Source: Methanocaldococcus sp. 28A (GTDB taxonomy: Archaea; AGJL01; Methanococci; Methanococcales; Methanocaldococcaceae). From it: a stretch of DNA of 64,000 bases. Shown piece by piece: positions 10,132 through 23,243 of the stretch. The translations under genes and the position numbers were made by a program. Numbering within the stretch: position 1 is the first letter of the stretch; every line of letters starts with the position of its first letter. The notes under the pieces are model-generated. The model had not been told where the DNA came from, did not search any database, and saw only the letters and a program-made list of their open reading frames with translations. The stretch lies in assembly GCA_049852185.1 (NCBI GenBank), contig CP187540.1, one strand, 5' to 3'.

Positions 10132-11400
10132 TTAAATTAAATTACCAATTGCTTCAAACAAAACTCCTTTAACTACTGTATATATTGGAAATCCTTTAAC
10201 TTCCCATTTATCAAAGGGGCTAAATTTTGCCTTTGATTTAAATAAATCAACATTAATTTTTCCTTCTTTTTTTAAATCAATAATTGTTAGATTTGCCAAA
10301 TCTCCTTCATCAATTTTGTTGTTTATATCAAATATTTTTGCTGGATTTTTTGATAAAATTCTTATAGCATCAAATAAAGTTATTAATCCTTTATTAACTA
10401 AATTTAAAGTTAAAGGAACTATTGTTTCAATTCCAGGAATCCCTGAAGGGCAGTTTTTGACATCTTTAAGTTTTTCTTCCAATAGATGAGGAGCATGGTC
10501 AGAGGCAATGATATCAACATCTTTGTTTATAATTCCCTTAATTAATGCAATGTTGTCTTCTTTTTCTCTTAAAGGTGGATTGAATTTTCCAAAACCTCTC
10601 AATTCCTCAGCCGTCTCTTTATTTAGATAAATGTGGTGAGGAGTAACTTCAACAGTAATTTTTACATTCTTTAATTCATATTTTGCTTTTTTTATTAAAT
10701 TTAATGCTTCTTTAGTTGAAATATGGCAAAAGTGAATGTGTGGTTTTTTATCATTTAATTTATCAATAATTTTTAAGTTTTTTATAATTTCTTTAACTGC
10801 CTCAACCTCTGATTTCTTATCTCTAATTTTACAGTAGTCTATCCAACTATCTAAGGAATATTTTTTTAAATTTTCCTCTATTATATCTTTGTGTTCAGCA
10901 TGAATGCAGAAAAGTTTATTTTGGTTTAATATATCCTTTAATTTATTATAATCCTCTATAAACAAATCTCCTACTGATTTAACCATAAATATTTTGTATG
11001 CTTTTGCTTCCTTTATATATTCAGTGTAATTTTTCTCTGTAATTCCAAAATTAAGGAATATATTTATCTTACTGCTTCTTTTACAATCTTCTAATTTTTT
11101 ATAAAAAAGCTCTTTTGTTGTTATTGGAGGTTTGTTATTTGGCATGTCTATAGCAAAACAAACTCCTCCATTTATCCCAGCTAAACTCCCACTTAAAAAG
11201 TCCTCTTTTTTTTCTTCTCCCCATCTAAAATGAACATGAGCATCTATAACCCCAGGAATAACAAGAGAGTTTTTTATATCTATCATTTCGTCATCTACTT
11301 TAATATCCTTACTAATTTTTTTTATTCTATTTTCTTCAATTAAAATATCACCTTCAATGATTTTATTGTCTTTTACTATTCTACAATTTTTTAAAATCAT
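10132..11400 (-). CDS. pyrC: Dihydroorotase
   Basis: [36 protein letters not shown] motifs. Confidence 0.93.
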   Translation of the reverse strand: MILKNCRIVKDNKIIEGDILIEENRIKKISKDIKVDDEMIDIKNSLVIPGVIDAHVHFRWGEEKKEDFLSGSLAGINGGVCFAIDMPNNKPPITTKELFYKKLEDCKRSSKINIFLNFGITEKNYTEYIKEAKAYKIFMVKSVGDLFIEDYNKLKDILNQNKLFCIHAEHKDIIEENLKKYSLDSWIDYCKIRDKKSEVEAVKEIIKNLKIIDKLNDKKPHIHFCHISTKEALNLIKKAKYELKNVKITVEVTPHHIYLNKETAEELRGFGKFNPPLREKEDNIALIKGIINKDVDIIASDHAPHLLEEKLKDVKNCPSGIPGIETIVPLTLNLVNKGLITLFDAIRILSKNPAKIFDINNKIDEGDLANLTIIDLKKEGKINVDLFKSKAKFSPFDKWEVKGFPIYTVVKGVLFEAIGNLI

Positions 11401-11412
11401 AGTAGCACCACA

Positions 11413-13434
11413 TTATAGCAGTCTATACCTTCCTGGTTTTGGTTCATCAATATCCCCATACTTTATCAACTTCTTAATAATATTTTCCAACTCTTCCTCT
11501 TTAATACCTTTCTTTTTAGCTTCTTCGACAATATCTTCATACTCAACAAGCTCAGATTTTTCAGATAATTCTTTAATTATCTCATAAACAGTTGTTAATT
11601 TATCTCTCTCCTTCTTAGATACTCCTAAGATTTTGTCTACATCAAATATTCCAGTTTCTGGGTCATAGGCAATTTCTTTTAAGCATTCAGTGATTATATT
11701 TATTGCTTCTTTAGCATCTTCTTCATCAACAATATCCTTTAACTTTGCCTTTGCATGTGCCTCAGCTATTCTTATCGCCGCCTCTAACAGTCTTGCAGTT
11801 ATTTGATGCTTTTTTCTCATCTCCACATAATAATTAACAAAAATTTCTTTAGCTTTTTCACTAATAACTGGTTTTTTCTGTCTTGCGTAGTAGATATATT
11901 TTATTATAAACTCTTTGTCAATCTTAACTCCATCAACTTCAAAGTAATTTAGACCAATCTTTTTGTTTATCTCCTCATCCAAATAAGCCCTATGCAAATC
12001 TACAATGTATTCAGCAATATCTTTATCTTTATTTTTATCAGAAACATCTCTAATTGGGAATATCAAATCAAACCTACTCAATAAAGGGGCAGGAATATTT
12101 ATCTGTTCAGCTACAGAAACATCTGGGTTAAATCTTCCCCATCTTGGATTGCATGCTGCAAGGATAGCACATTCAGCTGGTAATTTAGCATTAATCCCCC
12201 CTTTACTAATATGAATTGTTTGGCTCTCCATAGCTTCCAAAACATAGCTTTGTAGTTCTTTATTAACAGTTAGCTCATCAATACATGCAGTACCTTTATG
12301 AGCTTTAACCAACAAACCAGGTTTAATAACCCATGTATCCTCACCAATCTCTGTTTTTTCTCTAACAACTGCAGCAGTTAAACCTACTCCAGTGGCAGTA
12401 GTAACAGAACCGTATAAATTACCTGGAATTTCTGCAATTTTTCTTAAAATAACAGTCTTCCCAATCCCAGGGTCTGTGATTAATAATATATGAATATCTG
12501 CCCTTTTTCCTGGTTTTTTAACACCTTTTATCTGTTGTAAGAAAACAGCTTTTTTTATTGCTGAATGTCCTTTAATCTCAGGAATTAATCTATCTGCCAA
12601 TAAATCAACAACATCTTTTCTCTTAGCTATTTTTTTAATCTTTTCAATATCAGAATTTGTTAAATCAATCTTCACTTCACCATCCAAAACTTCACAGTTT
12701 ATTGCCTTAACATAAATATCATAAATTGGCAGTTTTTTGCTCTTTTTAACTCTTATTGGAATACCAGTTATCTTTACCCTTCCAGCATATATTCCAGGGC
12801 TATTTTCTAAGAATGTTGTAATATACTTTGGAGGGTCGTCAGGATTTTCCATTAAATCTGGTGGTTGCTGAACTTTAATCTCTTGAAAATCTGTGTAACT
12901 GCATTTATCATCAATTAAATTTAATTCAGCTCCACATTCACATAAGGCTTTTTCAGGATTTGTTGTAAATATATCAATTTCTTTAACAACTTCTCTTCCA
13001 CATTTTGGACAAATATAATAAGCTTTTTTTAACATTGGCTTTATTTTTGATGCCTTAGCAATAATTCCCTCAAACTCTATCAATCTTCCTAAAGTATCAC
13101 TTTTAATGTCTTCTATTGTAAAAACTTTCCCTTTTTTTGTAGTTTTAAAGATTTCTGGAAGGTTTTTTACAGAAATTATTATATCTGACGGATATTCATT
13201 CCTTAATGTATAGTATGCTTCATTATAACATTCTTTTATAAAATCTATACCTTTTTGAGGATTGTTTATTAAAAATTCTACAAATTCCATCAGTCCAGAG
13301 TTATAAAGCTGATTTAAATCAATTACAACCCTTTCATTATCTAATATAATATCTTCTTGATGAATATTTCTTAGATAGGCAGTTAAATAATCCCTAACTT
13401 CTTCTAAAATTAAGTCTTCATCCCTCAATTCCAT
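11413..13434 (-). CDS. mcm: MCM replicative helicase
   Basis: Zn finger CPKC..CEC, Walker A DPGIGKT, Walker B IDE, LLSRFD arginine finger, C-terminal wHTH; start set to ATG 13434. Confidence 0.95.
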   Translation of the reverse strand: MELRDEDLILEEVRDYLTAYLRNIHQEDIILDNERVVIDLNQLYNSGLMEFVEFLINNPQKGIDFIKECYNEAYYTLRNEYPSDIIISVKNLPEIFKTTKKGKVFTIEDIKSDTLGRLIEFEGIIAKASKIKPMLKKAYYICPKCGREVVKEIDIFTTNPEKALCECGAELNLIDDKCSYTDFQEIKVQQPPDLMENPDDPPKYITTFLENSPGIYAGRVKITGIPIRVKKSKKLPIYDIYVKAINCEVLDGEVKIDLTNSDIEKIKKIAKRKDVVDLLADRLIPEIKGHSAIKKAVFLQQIKGVKKPGKRADIHILLITDPGIGKTVILRKIAEIPGNLYGSVTTATGVGLTAAVVREKTEIGEDTWVIKPGLLVKAHKGTACIDELTVNKELQSYVLEAMESQTIHISKGGINAKLPAECAILAACNPRWGRFNPDVSVAEQINIPAPLLSRFDLIFPIRDVSDKNKDKDIAEYIVDLHRAYLDEEINKKIGLNYFEVDGVKIDKEFIIKYIYYARQKKPVISEKAKEIFVNYYVEMRKKHQITARLLEAAIRIAEAHAKAKLKDIVDEEDAKEAINIITECLKEIAYDPETGIFDVDKILGVSKKERDKLTTVYEIIKELSEKSELVEYEDIVEEAKKKGIKEEELENIIKKLIKYGDIDEPKPGRYRLL

Positions 13435-13453
13435 ATTGACATCCCCATACAAA

Positions 13454-13564
13454 TATAGTTGTGTGTAAAACTATCTTAAAAATAAGGTATTAATGAATGC
13501 CTTTCTTATAGAAGGCATCCAAATTGCCATTATAAAAGTTTATTTTATTTTGCACACAACTATA
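13454..13564. repeat. Palindromic intergenic repeat, family A (MJRE/MITE-like)
   Basis: TIR TATAGTTGTGTGTAAAA / TTTTGCACACAACTATA with central ATGCCTT..AAGGCAT hairpin; near-identical copies at 24464, 33222, 36735. Confidence 0.9.
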
Positions 13565-13633
13565 AATCGTGTTTTAGAGAATTTTAAACAAAAAAAATAG
13601 ATAATTTTACTTTTTAATTATATTATTTCCTAT

Positions 13634-14830
13634 TTATCCATTTGCAGTATTTAAACTATTTATATAATCAACAACCTTTAAAACTCCCATGGCTATTCCC
13701 TCAACCTCTATTCCTCCTCTCCCTTTAGCTCCATCTCCAACTAAATAAAGCTTATCATTAACAATATTGTCAATATCAGTTCCATTAGATGCATGATTTA
13801 CAGGCCAATCATCCCTATATGACTGAATATGTAATATTTTGTAATCTTTTCCTTTAAAGAGATTTTCAATATCCTCTAATCCTAAATCAATTTCCTTTTT
13901 TACATTGTAGGTTAGTTGTGTTTGATGAGTCATAACTAAATGCCATCCTTCAGGGGCTAAGGATTTATCTACATTTGTTACTTGATTTAAACCATTTATT
14001 CTTTCACATTCTGGAGTAAAGAGAACTCCACTATGATTTATAATTCCTTCCTTTGTAGCTATGCTTATCTTTATTCCTTTAGAAGGTTTTGGTTTTGATT
14101 TTAAAAATTTTATGTTGCATATCTTTTGTGTTTCAATTGGAGATATGTTGCTTACAACTACATCAAATTCATAATCATCAATATATACTTTTTCATCAAT
14201 CTCAATGCTTTTAACTTCATATTCTTTAATAATTCTTCCATTGTTCTTTTCAATAATTTTTGAAAGTTCGTCAATAATAGCTTTACAACCCCCTATAGGA
14301 ATTCCAGGCCCTCCAAATTTGTAGTAGTTTTTAGCTATCTCTATGATTTCACTCATTGGTGTTTCATAAGCTGTTAAACTCAAAGCCCATCCAGTAAATG
14401 CATTTCCTACTTTTAGAGCTAAATCAACATCTTCTAAAAACTCTCCAAATGAAATATCTTCATCAACTTTTTCCAACTTTAATTTAGCTGCCATATTTAA
14501 TGCCTTAACTTTCTCTTTGAATCCTAAGAGTGAAAATAGCTCTCTATATAGATACTCTTTTCCATTAACTAAAAATGTCCCATCTGGTTCTGAATTTATA
14601 ATCTTTACTTTAGCTCCTGCTCTTTTTAGTAACTGAGCTAAATAACCATCATTTCCGTGCGGTATCATATGTAAAGCTCCAGTTGTTAGTTGAAATCCTT
14701 CATACTCTAAGTTTGTAAATCTTCCACCCAAAAATGGAAGTTTTTCAAAGATAACTACATCATGATTCTTAGATAACAATGCTCCAGCTAACAAGCCACC
14801 TAAGCCAGCCCCAACAATACCAATTTTCAT
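13634..14830 (-). CDS. FAD-dependent oxidoreductase (phytoene dehydrogenase/amine oxidase-like)
   Basis: N-terminal IGIVGAGLGGL Rossmann motif, FEK..LGGR, LYLVGDG. Confidence 0.85.
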   Translation of the reverse strand: MKIGIVGAGLGGLLAGALLSKNHDVVIFEKLPFLGGRFTNLEYEGFQLTTGALHMIPHGNDGYLAQLLKRAGAKVKIINSEPDGTFLVNGKEYLYRELFSLLGFKEKVKALNMAAKLKLEKVDEDISFGEFLEDVDLALKVGNAFTGWALSLTAYETPMSEIIEIAKNYYKFGGPGIPIGGCKAIIDELSKIIEKNNGRIIKEYEVKSIEIDEKVYIDDYEFDVVVSNISPIETQKICNIKFLKSKPKPSKGIKISIATKEGIINHSGVLFTPECERINGLNQVTNVDKSLAPEGWHLVMTHQTQLTYNVKKEIDLGLEDIENLFKGKDYKILHIQSYRDDWPVNHASNGTDIDNIVNDKLYLVGDGAKGRGGIEVEGIAMGVLKVVDYINSLNTANG

Positions 14831-14855
14831 AATATCAACCATTTTCATTTATATT

Positions 14856-16136
14856 TTATAATTCCCCAGTCTGTAAATATTTTGAAATTTTCTTAGCTAA
14901 TATCTCCTGGTTATGCCATGTTCCATAAAATATTCCTTTGGGAATCTCATGTCTCATAGCTCTTATTATTTTTTTATCAACTATTCCAGGATTTGCCTTT
15001 GCAAATGGGGTTTGAGGTAGAGGCATAAAGGTGTGTGCATGTATTTTAGCACCCATTTTTATTAAATCTTTCATAACCTTTATTGTTCTCTCAATATCTT
15101 CCTCAGTTTCTCCTGGAAGTCCAAAAATAAAATCTAAATTAACATTAATACCTTTTTTTATTGCAGTAGTTACTGCGTTATATATATCTTCAACTGTATG
15201 CCCTCTGTGACATAAATCTAATATTCTTTGACTTCCTGATTGTGCTCCAACAACTAAGCTTTTATTGTCAGCATATTTTAAAATTAAATCTATTGTCTCA
15301 TCATTAACATGTTCTGGTCTAACTTCTGAAGGGAATGTTCCAAAGAATATTCTCCCATCTTTATTTAAAATTTCTCTAATATTTTCCAACAACTTTTCAA
15401 TCTTATCAATATTTAATGTTTTCCCATCCTTAGAGCCATAGGCAAAAGCATTTGGGGTTATAAACCTAATGTCTTTCAAATCCCTTTCAGCCATTATTTC
15501 CACGTATTTGCAGATATTTTCAACACTTCTATGTCTAACATTCTTTCCAAAGATTCTTGGTGTTTGACAGAAGAAGCAACCATAAGGGCAACCTCTTGTT
15601 ATCTCTATATGTCCAAATTTATTATGCTTTACAGGAAATGGAGGATATTTATTCAAATCAATAGGTTTTCTTTTTCCAGTGTAAATAAATTTATCGTCAT
15701 CTAAGTATGCTATTCCTTTAACTTTTTTATAATCTTCATTTTCATTAATTGCTTTAATAAATTCAGGAAATGTCTCTTCTCCCTCTCCAATGCAAACTAC
15801 ATCAAATCCTAACTTTAACGTTCCTTTTGGGTCGCCTGTTGGATGTGGGCCTCCAGCTAAATAAATAATTTTCTTCCTATAATTTTGATATTTAGCTTTT
15901 AATTCATTAATTAATTCAAAAGTTTTCCATAACTCAGTTGTAAAGAAAGATATTGCAATAATAATTTTATCATAATTTTTTAAAACTCTCTCTAAATTAA
16001 AAATGTCTTTTTTATTGGCAAAATATATTGAAAAGTTATCAAAATATTCATCAACTTCCAAAGCTCCTATCAATGCGTTGAAACTATTTTTATGTAATTT
16101 TGTATAATAAACTACCAAAGCTGTGTTCTTTTCCAT
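14856..16136 (-). CDS. B12-binding domain radical SAM protein
   Basis: [25 protein letters not shown] (CxxxCxxC), FIFGLPGET. Confidence 0.9.
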   Translation of the reverse strand: MEKNTALVVYYTKLHKNSFNALIGALEVDEYFDNFSIYFANKKDIFNLERVLKNYDKIIIAISFFTTELWKTFELINELKAKYQNYRKKIIYLAGGPHPTGDPKGTLKLGFDVVCIGEGEETFPEFIKAINENEDYKKVKGIAYLDDDKFIYTGKRKPIDLNKYPPFPVKHNKFGHIEITRGCPYGCFFCQTPRIFGKNVRHRSVENICKYVEIMAERDLKDIRFITPNAFAYGSKDGKTLNIDKIEKLLENIREILNKDGRIFFGTFPSEVRPEHVNDETIDLILKYADNKSLVVGAQSGSQRILDLCHRGHTVEDIYNAVTTAIKKGINVNLDFIFGLPGETEEDIERTIKVMKDLIKMGAKIHAHTFMPLPQTPFAKANPGIVDKKIIRAMRHEIPKGIFYGTWHNQEILAKKISKYLQTGEL

Positions 16137-16219
16137 ATCTTTCCCTAGAAATATTTATCCTCAAATAGGATAATTAACATAGAACTTTCGCAGAAATAAA
16201 TTTTTAAAGGTTAAATCAA

Positions 16220-16304
16220 ATGGGACTTTCGCACTTTATATAATTAATTAAGGAAAATATGCTACCAAAATCATCATTAATATTTACCTATACGAAAGTC
16301 CTAT
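16220..16304. repeat. Palindromic intergenic repeat, family B (partial second copy at ~16179-16200)
   Basis: GGACTTTCGCA ... TACGAAAGTCC termini; similar to the 30053 copy. Confidence 0.75.
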
Positions 16305-16374
16305 GACAAAAACTATATTAAAGCTAAAAATATAAAATAAAATTTTTAATGCTAAAAATTTTTTGGTGGAATTT

Positions 16375-17544
16375 ATGGCAATTGGGACACCTCTTTTGAG
16401 GGGTAGTGTAAAATTTTTGTTATTAGGTAGTGGTGAATTAGGAAAAGAAGTAGTTATTGAAGCTCAAAGATTAGGGATTGAGTGTATAGCAGTAGATAGA
16501 TACCAAAATGCCCCAGCTATGCAAGTAGCTCACAAAAGCTATGTTATTGATATGAAAGATTATGACGCGTTGATGGCAATTATTGAGAGAGAAGAGCCAG
16601 ATTACATTGTTCCTGAAATTGAAGCAATAAATACAGATGCATTAATAGATGCTGAAAAAATGGGTTATACCGTTATCCCAACAGCTGAAGCAACAAAAAT
16701 AACCATGAATAGAGAGTTAATAAGAAGATTAGCAGCTGAAAAATTGAAATTAAGAACTGCTAAATATGAATTTGCAGATTCCTTAGAAGAGTTGAAAGAG
16801 GCCGTAGAAAAACTTGGCTTGCCTTGTGTTGTAAAACCAATCATGTCTTCATCTGGAAAGGGGCAGAGTGTAATTAAAAAAGAAGAGGATATAGAAAAAG
16901 CTTGGATAATAGCAAAAGAAGGAGCAAGAGGGATAGGAAATAGAGTTATTGTAGAAGAGTTTATAAACTTTGATTATGAGATAACCTTATTAACTATAAG
17001 AACTAAGGAAGGAACTAAGTTTTGTGAGCCAATAGGGCATATTCAAATAGATGGAGACTATCACGAAAGTTGGCAACCTCACGATATGCTTGATGAATTA
17101 AAAGAACAAGCTCAAGATATAGCTAAGAAGGTTACTGATGCATTAGGAGGATATGGAATCTTTGGAGTTGAGTTGTTTGTTAAAGGAAATGAGGTTATAT
17201 TTAGCGAGGTTTCACCAAGACCTCATGATACAGGAATGGTTACAATGATTACCCAAGAGATGAGTGAATTCGAGATTCATGTTAGAGCTATATTAGGGTT
17301 GCCAGTATCAACAAATCTTATTCATCCAGGAGCTAGCCATGTAATAAAAGCTAATATTAACAAATACGCTCCAAAATATCATATAGAAGAAGCTTTAAAA
17401 GTGCCAAATACTAAATTAAGATTGTTTGGTAAACCAAATGCAAAAGTTGGTAGAAGGATGGGTGTTGCTTTAGCTTACGCTGATTCAGTAGAGAAAGCAA
17501 GAGCGTTAGCTGAAAAATGTGCCCATGCAGTTAGAATTGAATAA
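16375..17544 (+). CDS. purT: Formate-dependent phosphoribosylglycinamide formyltransferase
   Basis: [48 protein letters not shown]. Confidence 0.96.
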   Translation: MAIGTPLLRGSVKFLLLGSGELGKEVVIEAQRLGIECIAVDRYQNAPAMQVAHKSYVIDMKDYDALMAIIEREEPDYIVPEIEAINTDALIDAEKMGYTVIPTAEATKITMNRELIRRLAAEKLKLRTAKYEFADSLEELKEAVEKLGLPCVVKPIMSSSGKGQSVIKKEEDIEKAWIIAKEGARGIGNRVIVEEFINFDYEITLLTIRTKEGTKFCEPIGHIQIDGDYHESWQPHDMLDELKEQAQDIAKKVTDALGGYGIFGVELFVKGNEVIFSEVSPRPHDTGMVTMITQEMSEFEIHVRAILGLPVSTNLIHPGASHVIKANINKYAPKYHIEEALKVPNTKLRLFGKPNAKVGRRMGVALAYADSVEKARALAEKCAHAVRIE

Positions 17545-17559
17545 TTTAAATATTTAAGT

Positions 17560-17927
17560 GATATTTATCACGCTAAAAGTTTTTTATTTTTAATTTAGAA
17601 ATTTTTAAAGGAATATTTTTTGATTTTAAGGATTTTTAGCTAATTTCTAAGGGTAGTTTATTTTTAATATTTTATTTATTTGGATATATTAAATTAGTAA
17701 GATTTTTAAGAGATTTTAGATAATTATTTTCATATTTTGATTTCCCCGATATATAATTTGATTTTTTAGATTTAAGGGTTTTATTGTTTTAATTAACACA
17801 ATACCGTAAAGTATTTATATTAGTTAGGATATATAAAGAAACCAAGTAATTGGGGGGTCGTAATATACCCCCTATAAAATAAAGATTTAAAAATGCTTAA
17901 TTTCGTTTAATTCAAAAAATGCCTCCT
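17560..17927 (+). promoter_or_regulatory. CRISPR leader
   Basis: Long AT-rich non-coding stretch directly 5' of the first repeat, with a TTTATAT box near 17815; boundaries approximate. Confidence 0.6.
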
Positions 17928-18174
17928 ATTAAAATAAGACCGATTCGGTATGGAAACATATTTCATTTCTTCCTCTTCTTTTTTTTTTCTTTTATTAAAA
18001 TAAGACCGATTCGGTATGGAAACTTATTTCGTATGCCACATATAAGGCAATCAACCCGTTAATATTACATTAAAATAAGACCGATTCGGTATGGAAACAT
18101 CACAATATTCAACAATGCATACTTTTTAACAATAATGAACTACAATTAAAATAAGACCGATTCGGTATGGAAAC
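17928..18174 (+). CRISPR. CRISPR array, 4 repeats and 3 spacers, no cas genes in window
   Basis: Identical 30-bp repeat ATTAAAATAAGACCGATTCGGTATGGAAAC at 17928, 17994, 18069, 18145; spacers of 36, 45 and 46 bp; 3' GAAAC gives orientation. Confidence 0.97.
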
Positions 18175-18336
18175 TAAAAATCTTATCTATTTTTTCAAAA
18201 ACTATATATCAATTTTATTAATTTAAATATTTATTAAGTTTAATCTATTTTGGATAAAGGTCTTATATTCTGAAGTAATATACAATACTGAAATAAAATT
18301 TATCAATTTTTAAAAATATTCAACTAAGTGATTATT

Positions 18337-21300
18337 ATGGTTCATGTTGCATGCTCTGAAAACATGAAAAAATATTTTGAAAACATTGTTAGTGAGGTTA
18401 AAAAACTCTATAAAATAGCTGAAGAGTGTAGAAAAAAGGGATTTGACCCTGTAGATGAAGTTGAAATTCCTTTAGCTGCTGATATGGCTGATAGGGTTGA
18501 GGGATTGGTAGGACCTAAAGGTGTGGCTGAGAGAATTAGAGAATTGGTTAAGGAGTTAGGTAAAGAGCCAGCTGCATTGGAGATAGCTAAAGAAATTGTA
18601 GAAGGAAAATTTGGAAATTTTGATAAGGAAAAGAAAGCTGAACAGGCAGTTAGAACTGCATTGGCTGTATTAACTGAGGGGATTGTTGCTGCACCATTAG
18701 AAGGAATTGCAGATGTTAAAATAAAGAAAAACCCAGATGGAAGTGAATATTTAGCTATTTATTATGCAGGACCTATAAGAAGTGCGGGGGGAACAGCTCA
18801 AGCATTATCTGTTTTAGTTGGAGACTTTGTTAGAAAGGCAATGGGTTTGGATAGATATAAGCCAACAGAGGATGAAATTGAGAGATATGTTGAGGAAGTT
18901 GAGTTATACCAATCAGAAGTTGGTAGCTTCCAATACAACCCAACAGCTGATGAAATTAGAACAGCTATAAGAAATATACCAATTGAAATTACTGGAGAGG
19001 CAACTGATGATGTTGAAGTTTCTGGACATAGGGATTTGCCAAGAGTAGAGACAAATCAACTAAGGGGAGGGGCCTTATTAGTTTTGGTTGAGGGAGTTTT
19101 GTTAAAGGCACCAAAGATATTGAGGCACGTTGATAAATTGGGAATAGAGGGATGGGATTGGCTTAAAGATTTAATGAGTAAAAAAGAAGAAAAAAATGAA
19201 AAGAAAGAAGATGAAGAAGAAAATATAGAGGAAGATATAGAGGAAGAGGAGATAAGTGGATACTGGAGAGATGTTAAAATAGAAGCAAACAAAAAGTTTA
19301 TAAGTGAAGTTATCGCAGGAAGGCCGGTATTTGCCCATCCATCAAAGGTTGGAGGGTTTAGATTAAGATATGGTAGAAGTAGAAATACAGGTTTTGCAAC
19401 TCAAGGATTTCATCCAGCTTTAATGTATTTGGTAGATGAATTTATGGCTGTTGGAACTCAGTTAAAGACAGAAAGACCTGGAAAGGCAACATGTGTAGTT
19501 CCAGTTGATAGCATTGAGCCACCAATTGTTAAGCTAAAAAATGGAGACGTTATTAGAGTTGATACAATAGAGAAAGCTATAGAGGTTAGAGATAGAGTTG
19601 AAGAAATTCTATTCTTAGGAGATGTTTTAGTTAATTATGGGGATTTTTTAGAAAACAATCATCCTTTATTGCCAAGCTGTTGGTGTGAAGAGTGGTATGA
19701 AAAAATATTGATAGCTAATAATATAGAGTATGATAAAGAGTTTATAAAAAATCCAAAGCCAGAAGAGGCTGTTAAATTTGCTTTAAAAACAAAAACTCCT
19801 TTACATCCAAGATTTACATACCATTGGCATGATGTTGGCAAGGAAGATATAATCCTATTAAGAAATTGGATATTAAAAGGGAAAGAAGATAATTTTGAAG
19901 GAAAGAATGTTTGGATTGTTGATTTAAAAACAGAGGAAGATAAAAAAGCTAAGAGAATTTTAGAGTTAATTGGTTGCTGTCATTTGGTTAGAGGCAAAAA
20001 AGTTATAATTGAGGAGTATTATCCTTTACTTTACTCATTAGGCTTTGATGTTGAAAATAAAAAGGATTTAATTGATAATATAGACGAAATTTTAAAATCA
20101 GCCAAAAATAGCATGCATCTAATAAACCTATTAGCTCCATTTGAGGTTAGAAGAAACACCTATATATATGTTGGAGCAAGAATGGGAAGACCTGAGAAAG
20201 CTGCTCCAAGAAAGATGAAACCTCCAGTTAATGGTCTCTTTCCTATAGGAAATGCTGGAGGACAAGTTAGATTGATAAATAAGGCTGTTGAAGAAAACAA
20301 TACTGATGATATTGAAGTTTCTTACACAAGATGTCCATATTGTGGAAAAGTTTCATTATATAGAGTTTGTCCATTCTGTGGAAATAGAGTTGAATTAGAT
20401 GAATTTGGAAAAATTAAAGCTCCATTAAAAGATTATTGGTATTCTGCTCTAAAAAGATTGGGAATAAATAAGCCAGGAGATGTTAAGTGCATTAAAGGGA
20501 TGACATCAAAAGAGAAAATTGTTGAACCATTGGAAAAAGCCATATTAAGGGCTATGAATGAAGTTTATGTCTTTAAAGATGGAACATCAAGATTTGATTG
20601 CACAGATGTTCCTATAACTCATTTTAAACCAAACGAGATAAATGTCAGTGTTGAAAAGTTAAGAGAGCTTGGATATGATAAAGATATTTATGGTAATGAG
20701 TTAATTGACGGAGAGCAGGTTGTTGAGCTAAAACCTCAAGATGTAATTATTCCAGAGAGCTGTGCAGAGTATTTTGTCAGAGTAGCTAATTTTATAGATG
20801 AATTGTTAGAGAGATTTTATAAAGTTGAGAAATATTACAATGTAAAAAAGAAAGAGGATTTAATTGGACACTTAGTTATTGGTATGGCTCCACACACCTC
20901 AGCAGGAATGGTTGGAAGAATTATTGGCTATACTAAAGCAAATGTAGGTTATGCACATCCATATTTCCACGCTGCTAAGAGAAGAAATTGCTTCCCAGGA
21001 GATACAAGGATTTTGGTAAATATAGATGGAAATGTTGAGAGAATAACATTAGAGGAGCTATATGAATTGTTTAATGAAAATGATGAGGTATTTGAAAAAG
21101 ATGCATTCATCAGAAAGAAGCCAAAGAGAAATATTAAAGTTTATTCCTTCGATACAGAAAATAGAAAAGTTGTTTTAACAGATATTGAGGAGGTTTTAAA
21201 AATCCCTTCACCAAATCATTTAATAAAGATAACATTAGATGGTAACAGAGAATTTATAACCACCCATGACCATCCAGTTATGGTTTATGAAAATGGAGAG

Positions 21301-23202
21301 TTTATAAAAAAATTGGCAATGGATGTTAAAGAAGGAGATTTAATTCTTATCCCAAAGATTGATTTTGAAGAGAAAGATATAGAAGAGTTTGACTTATTAA
21401 AAGAGTTTTCAAAGGTAGAGTTTAAAGAGCTATGGAGCGTTTTAAGAGTTAGGGGCATTAAAGATTGGATTAAAGAGAATATAAGCAAAGAGTTAATTAG
21501 AGAGTTAAAATTGAATGATTATTTAAGGTATGATACAATACCGTTGGATAAACTAATGATATTATTGGAAAAATCAAATGTAACAATAGATGATGTTCCA
21601 AAGGATTGCTATATAGCAGTTAGAAGAGATAAGGTAAATATTAAAAGAATGATTAAAATTGAGCCGTTATTAAAGCTTATTGGCTACTATCTCTCTGAGG
21701 GATATGCAAGGGAATCAAAGAGTGTATATCAAATAAACTTCTCAGCCCATGAAGAGGAACTTAGAGAGAACATTAAAAAAGCAATAAAAGAGGCATTTGG
21801 AGATGTAAATATCTATGAAAATAAAGAAGATGGAAAAATAACATTATCATCAAGAGTTGTTTATTTATTCTTTACAAAGGTTTTAAAAATTGGTAAAAAG
21901 GCAAAATCAAAGAGAGTTCCAAGTTTTATCTTTAATTTACCAAAGGAAAAAGTAAGATTAATGCTATCAGCATATTTTGATGGAGATGGAACTGCGTTAA
22001 CAACTACTCCAAGAGTTGCAGTATATAGTGCTAATAAAAAATTGTTGGAAGATATAGATTTATTATTGAATAGATTTGGAATTAAAACATACTGGACTGT
22101 AGAAGAAAATGCAAATGAAAGAGATGAAAGCTGTGTAAAGAAATATTATGAAGAGAGAGGAAAAGAAGTTCCAAAATCCATTGTTTATGCTTTAAATATA
22201 GCAGGACATTATTATGACATATTCTTTAAAGAAATTGGTTTTTTCTTGAATAGAAAGCAGGAGATTTATAAATTACATAAAAATAGGATAATAAAAGATG
22301 ATGTGACAGCATATAAATTTGGTTGGATTGTAGGAGTCAAAAAAACTGAACTAATAAAATCTGAGGATAAATTTATCTATTCATTAAATGCGAAGAAGTA
22401 TCACAATGTAATAATAAATGAAAATATTCAAACATATCAATGTGATGGCGACGAAGATGCCTTCTTTTTGCTTTTAGACGCATTTTTGAACTTTTCTAAG
22501 AAATTCCTGCCTGATAAAAGAGGAGGGCAAATGGACGCTCCATTAGTATTAACAACCATATTGGACCCAAAGGAAGTGGATGGAGAAGTTCATAATATGG
22601 ATGTTGTTTGGAGTTATCCATTAGAGTTTTATGAAAAAACATTAGAAATGCCTTCACCAAAAGAAGTTAAAGAATTAATAGAGACAGTAGAGGATAGATT
22701 AGGAAAACCAGAGCAGTATGAGGGATTAGGCTATACTCATGAAACAAGTAGAATTGATTTAGGACCAAAAGTTTGTGCATATAAAACCTTAGGTTCAATG
22801 CTTGAAAAAACAAATGCTCAACTTTCAGTAGCTAAAAAGATTAGAGCAACAGATGAGAGAGATGTTGCTGAGAAGGTCATACAATCTCACTTCATACCAG
22901 ATTTAATTGGAAATTTAAGAGCTTTCTCAAGACAAGCGGTAAGATGTAAATGTGGGGCTAAGTATAGAAGAATTCCTTTAAGAGGAGTTTGTCCAAAGTG
23001 TGGTTCTAAGTTAATATTAACTGTATCAAAAGGAGCTGTTGAAAAGTATATGGATGTTGCAGAGAAGATGGCTGAGGAATACAATGTAAATGATTATATA
23101 AAACAAAGATTAAAAATTATTAGAGAGGGAATAAATTCAATATTTGAAAATGATAAAAGTAAGCAAGTTAAATTAAGTGATTTCTTTAAAATAAATTCTT
23201 AA
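18337..23202 (+). CDS. polC: DNA polymerase II (PolD) large subunit DP2, intein-containing
   Basis: [46 protein letters not shown]-terminal Zn finger. Confidence 0.97.
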   Translation: MVHVACSENMKKYFENIVSEVKKLYKIAEECRKKGFDPVDEVEIPLAADMADRVEGLVGPKGVAERIRELVKELGKEPAALEIAKEIVEGKFGNFDKEKKAEQAVRTALAVLTEGIVAAPLEGIADVKIKKNPDGSEYLAIYYAGPIRSAGGTAQALSVLVGDFVRKAMGLDRYKPTEDEIERYVEEVELYQSEVGSFQYNPTADEIRTAIRNIPIEITGEATDDVEVSGHRDLPRVETNQLRGGALLVLVEGVLLKAPKILRHVDKLGIEGWDWLKDLMSKKEEKNEKKEDEEENIEEDIEEEEISGYWRDVKIEANKKFISEVIAGRPVFAHPSKVGGFRLRYGRSRNTGFATQGFHPALMYLVDEFMAVGTQLKTERPGKATCVVPVDSIEPPIVKLKNGDVIRVDTIEKAIEVRDRVEEILFLGDVLVNYGDFLENNHPLLPSCWCEEWYEKILIANNIEYDKEFIKNPKPEEAVKFALKTKTPLHPRFTYHWHDVGKEDIILLRNWILKGKEDNFEGKNVWIVDLKTEEDKKAKRILELIGCCHLVRGKKVIIEEYYPLLYSLGFDVENKKDLIDNIDEILKSAKNSMHLINLLAPFEVRRNTYIYVGARMGRPEKAAPRKMKPPVNGLFPIGNAGGQVRLINKAVEENNTDDIEVSYTRCPYCGKVSLYRVCPFCGNRVELDEFGKIKAPLKDYWYSALKRLGINKPGDVKCIKGMTSKEKIVEPLEKAILRAMNEVYVFKDGTSRFDCTDVPITHFKPNEINVSVEKLRELGYDKDIYGNELIDGEQVVELKPQDVIIPESCAEYFVRVANFIDELLERFYKVEKYYNVKKKEDLIGHLVIGMAPHTSAGMVGRIIGYTKANVGYAHPYFHAAKRRNCFPGDTRILVNIDGNVERITLEELYELFNENDEVFEKDAFIRKKPKRNIKVYSFDTENRKVVLTDIEEVLKIPSPNHLIKITLDGNREFITTHDHPVMVYENGEFIKKLAMDVKEGDLILIPKIDFEEKDIEEFDLLKEFSKVEFKELWSVLRVRGIKDWIKENISKELIRELKLNDYLRYDTIPLDKLMILLEKSNVTIDDVPKDCYIAVRRDKVNIKRMIKIEPLLKLIGYYLSEGYARESKSVYQINFSAHEEELRENIKKAIKEAFGDVNIYENKEDGKITLSSRVVYLFFTKVLKIGKKAKSKRVPSFIFNLPKEKVRLMLSAYFDGDGTALTTTPRVAVYSANKKLLEDIDLLLNRFGIKTYWTVEENANERDESCVKKYYEERGKEVPKSIVYALNIAGHYYDIFFKEIGFFLNRKQEIYKLHKNRIIKDDVTAYKFGWIVGVKKTELIKSEDKFIYSLNAKKYHNVIINENIQTYQCDGDEDAFFLLLDAFLNFSKKFLPDKRGGQMDAPLVLTTILDPKEVDGEVHNMDVVWSYPLEFYEKTLEMPSPKEVKELIETVEDRLGKPEQYEGLGYTHETSRIDLGPKVCAYKTLGSMLEKTNAQLSVAKKIRATDERDVAEKVIQSHFIPDLIGNLRAFSRQAVRCKCGAKYRRIPLRGVCPKCGSKLILTVSKGAVEKYMDVAEKMAEEYNVNDYIKQRLKIIREGINSIFENDKSKQVKLSDFFKINS
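20989..22440 (+). mobile_element. Intein with LAGLIDADG homing endonuclease in DP2 (484 aa)
   Basis: Splits KRRN|CDGDED; starts CFPGDT, block B TTHDHP, LAGLIDADG blocks LIGYYLSEG and LSAYFDGDG, ends NENIQTYQ followed by Cys. Confidence 0.93.
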
Positions 23203-23243
23203 AGTTTATTTTATTTGCATAAAACTATATTTTGGGGATTATT

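Noticed and set aside
17958-17993. Spacer 1 as self-targeting against the Lys/Glu-rich stretch of polC (~19180-19250)
   Set aside because: Only compositional similarity; I found no contiguous match.
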